The notes beneath the pieces are model-generated. The model did not search any database and was not told where the DNA came from. It saw nothing but the letters and a program-made list of their open reading frames with translations. Both the position numbers and the translations under genes were made by a program. Shown here one piece after another: positions 62,159 to 64,000 of a stretch of 64,000 bases of DNA. This stretch comes from Gordius albopunctatus. Taxonomy: Eukaryota. Numbering within the stretch: position 1 is the first letter of the stretch; every line of letters begins with the position of its first letter. Location of the stretch: assembly GCA_964276515.1 (NCBI GenBank), contig OZ193909.1, forward strand, positions 6,510,001-6,574,000, given 5' to 3'.

Positions 62159-62443
62159 AGTTTCCACAGTTGGGATATTGTTGTCCGAAATGGATGGGTG
62201 GTCGGTGGTGAGAGATAGCAAGTCTTGTGTTTCCATTTAATTGCCAGGTATGTCCTAATTGTCCTGAATAAGTTCCTTGGTGGCGTGATGATTCCACTTG
62301 TTGAACGGCATAGTTGTGTGAATAGGGATTTTAACGAATAATTTGTGACGATTTATGGCAATTAAATGGAAACACAAGACTTGCTATCTCTCACCACCGA
62401 CCACCCATCCATTTCGGACAACAATATCCCAACTGTGGAAACT
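62159..62443. repeat. perfect 88-bp inverted repeat (109-bp loop) in a probable I/Nimb-like LINE 3' fragment
   Basis: 62159-62246 equals the reverse complement of 62356-62443; minus ORF has LGHT..TRL..CGNCETP, resembling the C-terminal zinc finger of these LINEs. Confidence 0.8.
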
Positions 62444-63489
62444 ATGTAAAATATTTTTATAAATTTTTATAAATAGGTTTCTTGCTAAATAAAAAGGTAA
62501 ATACAGTCATTCTAGATCAGGTAATACTAAAATTCAAGATTCATCGATAATAACACTGGTCAACAATTAATGAACTTATTAAATCAACCGGCAAACTGTT
62601 TGCAGATTCTGGCAGAGTTTTTTAACGTGAACACAAATATATTTTTATTTTTTCCCTTTTTTACGTCATGAAATATTTGATGTAAACGTTGCTAGAAAGG
62701 GCCATTTTGGAGTTTTTTAAACGTCTTAATCGGTAAATTTTAATTTTAATTTTTTTATTTATAAATAGAGGGGAGAGGAGTCCATTAAAAAATTTCCCCT
62801 AGCTCTATTAATTTTTGATTTATATTCAAAATTAACTTATCTCTATCTTTTCTTTTTACATTGACAAATTGCCCCAGACTTAATGTCACCCTCCCTTCCC
62901 TTTAACACTAGGAATTAAGTCGTGTTGTTGTTTATCTACTACTAATAAAGACCTGCTCAGCCCGGTCGCGGGTCGGGCTTCTGCTTTAAATTAAAACAAC
63001 GGGCCGGGCCGGAATATAACCTAACGACCTCAGGCCGGGTCTAGATATAAGTAAGGCCCGCTAAAAGCCCGTCCTAAATGCATATTCGTTTACAGAATAT
63101 TTTACTCGCACACCTATTACTTTAAGCCTTATTTCTCTCACATATTTGCATAAGCGTAAAGGCATCTACAACAGTTTAGATTTTTATTTGTGTATTATAA
63201 AGTACAAACAAACAAAAGCTTGTTTTTATAATGTTCCATAATTAAATTTGATGTTTATTCCTATTTGTTTATCAATCAATCAAATTTATTAAATTAGAAA
63301 TTTACCGATTAATTTACAAGATATTGATGTTTAAAAACCCCAAAATCCCTATTTTAGCAACCCCAACAGCAAATATTTTAAAGTATAAGGAAAATTATAA
63401 AAAAAAATTCTTGTTCAGAAAAACCTATCAAAATCTGCAGTTTGCCTGTTTTATTCTTCTTGTTGAACCGTGTAATTAGTGATGATCAA

Positions 63490-64000
63490 ACCCTAGGTCA
63501 GGTTTTCCCGAGGTCCAACCTCAGGTCGGTTTTAGGTTCGGGCGTTCTAAAACCTTACCAGGTTTTTGAACACCCGAACCTTAACCTGAGGTTGATCCCG
63601 AAAATCAACCTGAAAAACCTTCAGGTCAATTTTATCCCCAACCTGAAACCCAGGTTGACCTCAGGTTAACCTGATAAAAATCTCTTGTTATTTATAAACA
63701 TATAGATGGCGTCATCGATTAATATACATGTTTAACAATTAATTAAATTTTTATATAAAAAAAATCTTATTTTTTTTAAAATAATAACCAAAAACTATTT
63801 TTTCTTCATTTAAAATTGTAAATATTTAAAAATTTTGATGCATTTTGAAAAAGGAAAATAGTTAAAGTAAAATAAAAATTTATTCTTAAATTTATCGCAT
63901 AAAACAAGAGCTTTTTATCAGGTTAACCTGAGGTCAACCTGGGTTTCAGGTTGGGGTAAAATTGACCTGAAGGTTTTTCAGGTTGATTTTCGCGATCAGC
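63490..64000. mobile_element. foldback/MITE-like element with long aacct/aggtt-rich TIRs, running off the window
   Basis: ~63591-63680 is inverted relative to ~63912-64000 around an AT-rich spacer. Confidence 0.7.

Overview
AT-rich eukaryotic (apparently invertebrate animal) genomic window with very short introns (36-55 nt seen), a high transposon load and one 200-N scaffold gap (20392-20591). Three spliced host genes can be reconstructed by hand, mostly missed by the ORF track: the 5' part of an FBXO30/FBXO40-like F-box gene (minus, 593-2672), a complete 4-exon DNAJC12/JDP-like J-domain gene (plus, 16035-16554) and a class B1 (secretin-family) GPCR with at least 12 exons (minus, ~31663-38400). 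The rest is mostly nested DNA transposons: hAT elements and MITEs with 8-bp TSDs, a Harbinger-like MITE, Helitrons, and Helentron/DINE-1-like elements with internal tandem arrays. There is also a decayed Gypsy gag-pol and fragments of RTE, CRE-like and I/Nimb-like LINEs. The most striking object is a GC-richer, intact retroelement at 17666-23145. Two near-identical 2069-bp arms form a giant inverted repeat. Each arm holds an uninterrupted RT-RNase H frame with DIRS/hepadnavirus-type motifs and ends in the same hairpin-forming terminus. The arms enclose a 606-bp loop encoding a small gag/core-like protein. No integrase, tyrosine recombinase, protease, LTR or TSD is visible. The gap lies inside this element, so its true architecture needs long-read confirmation.
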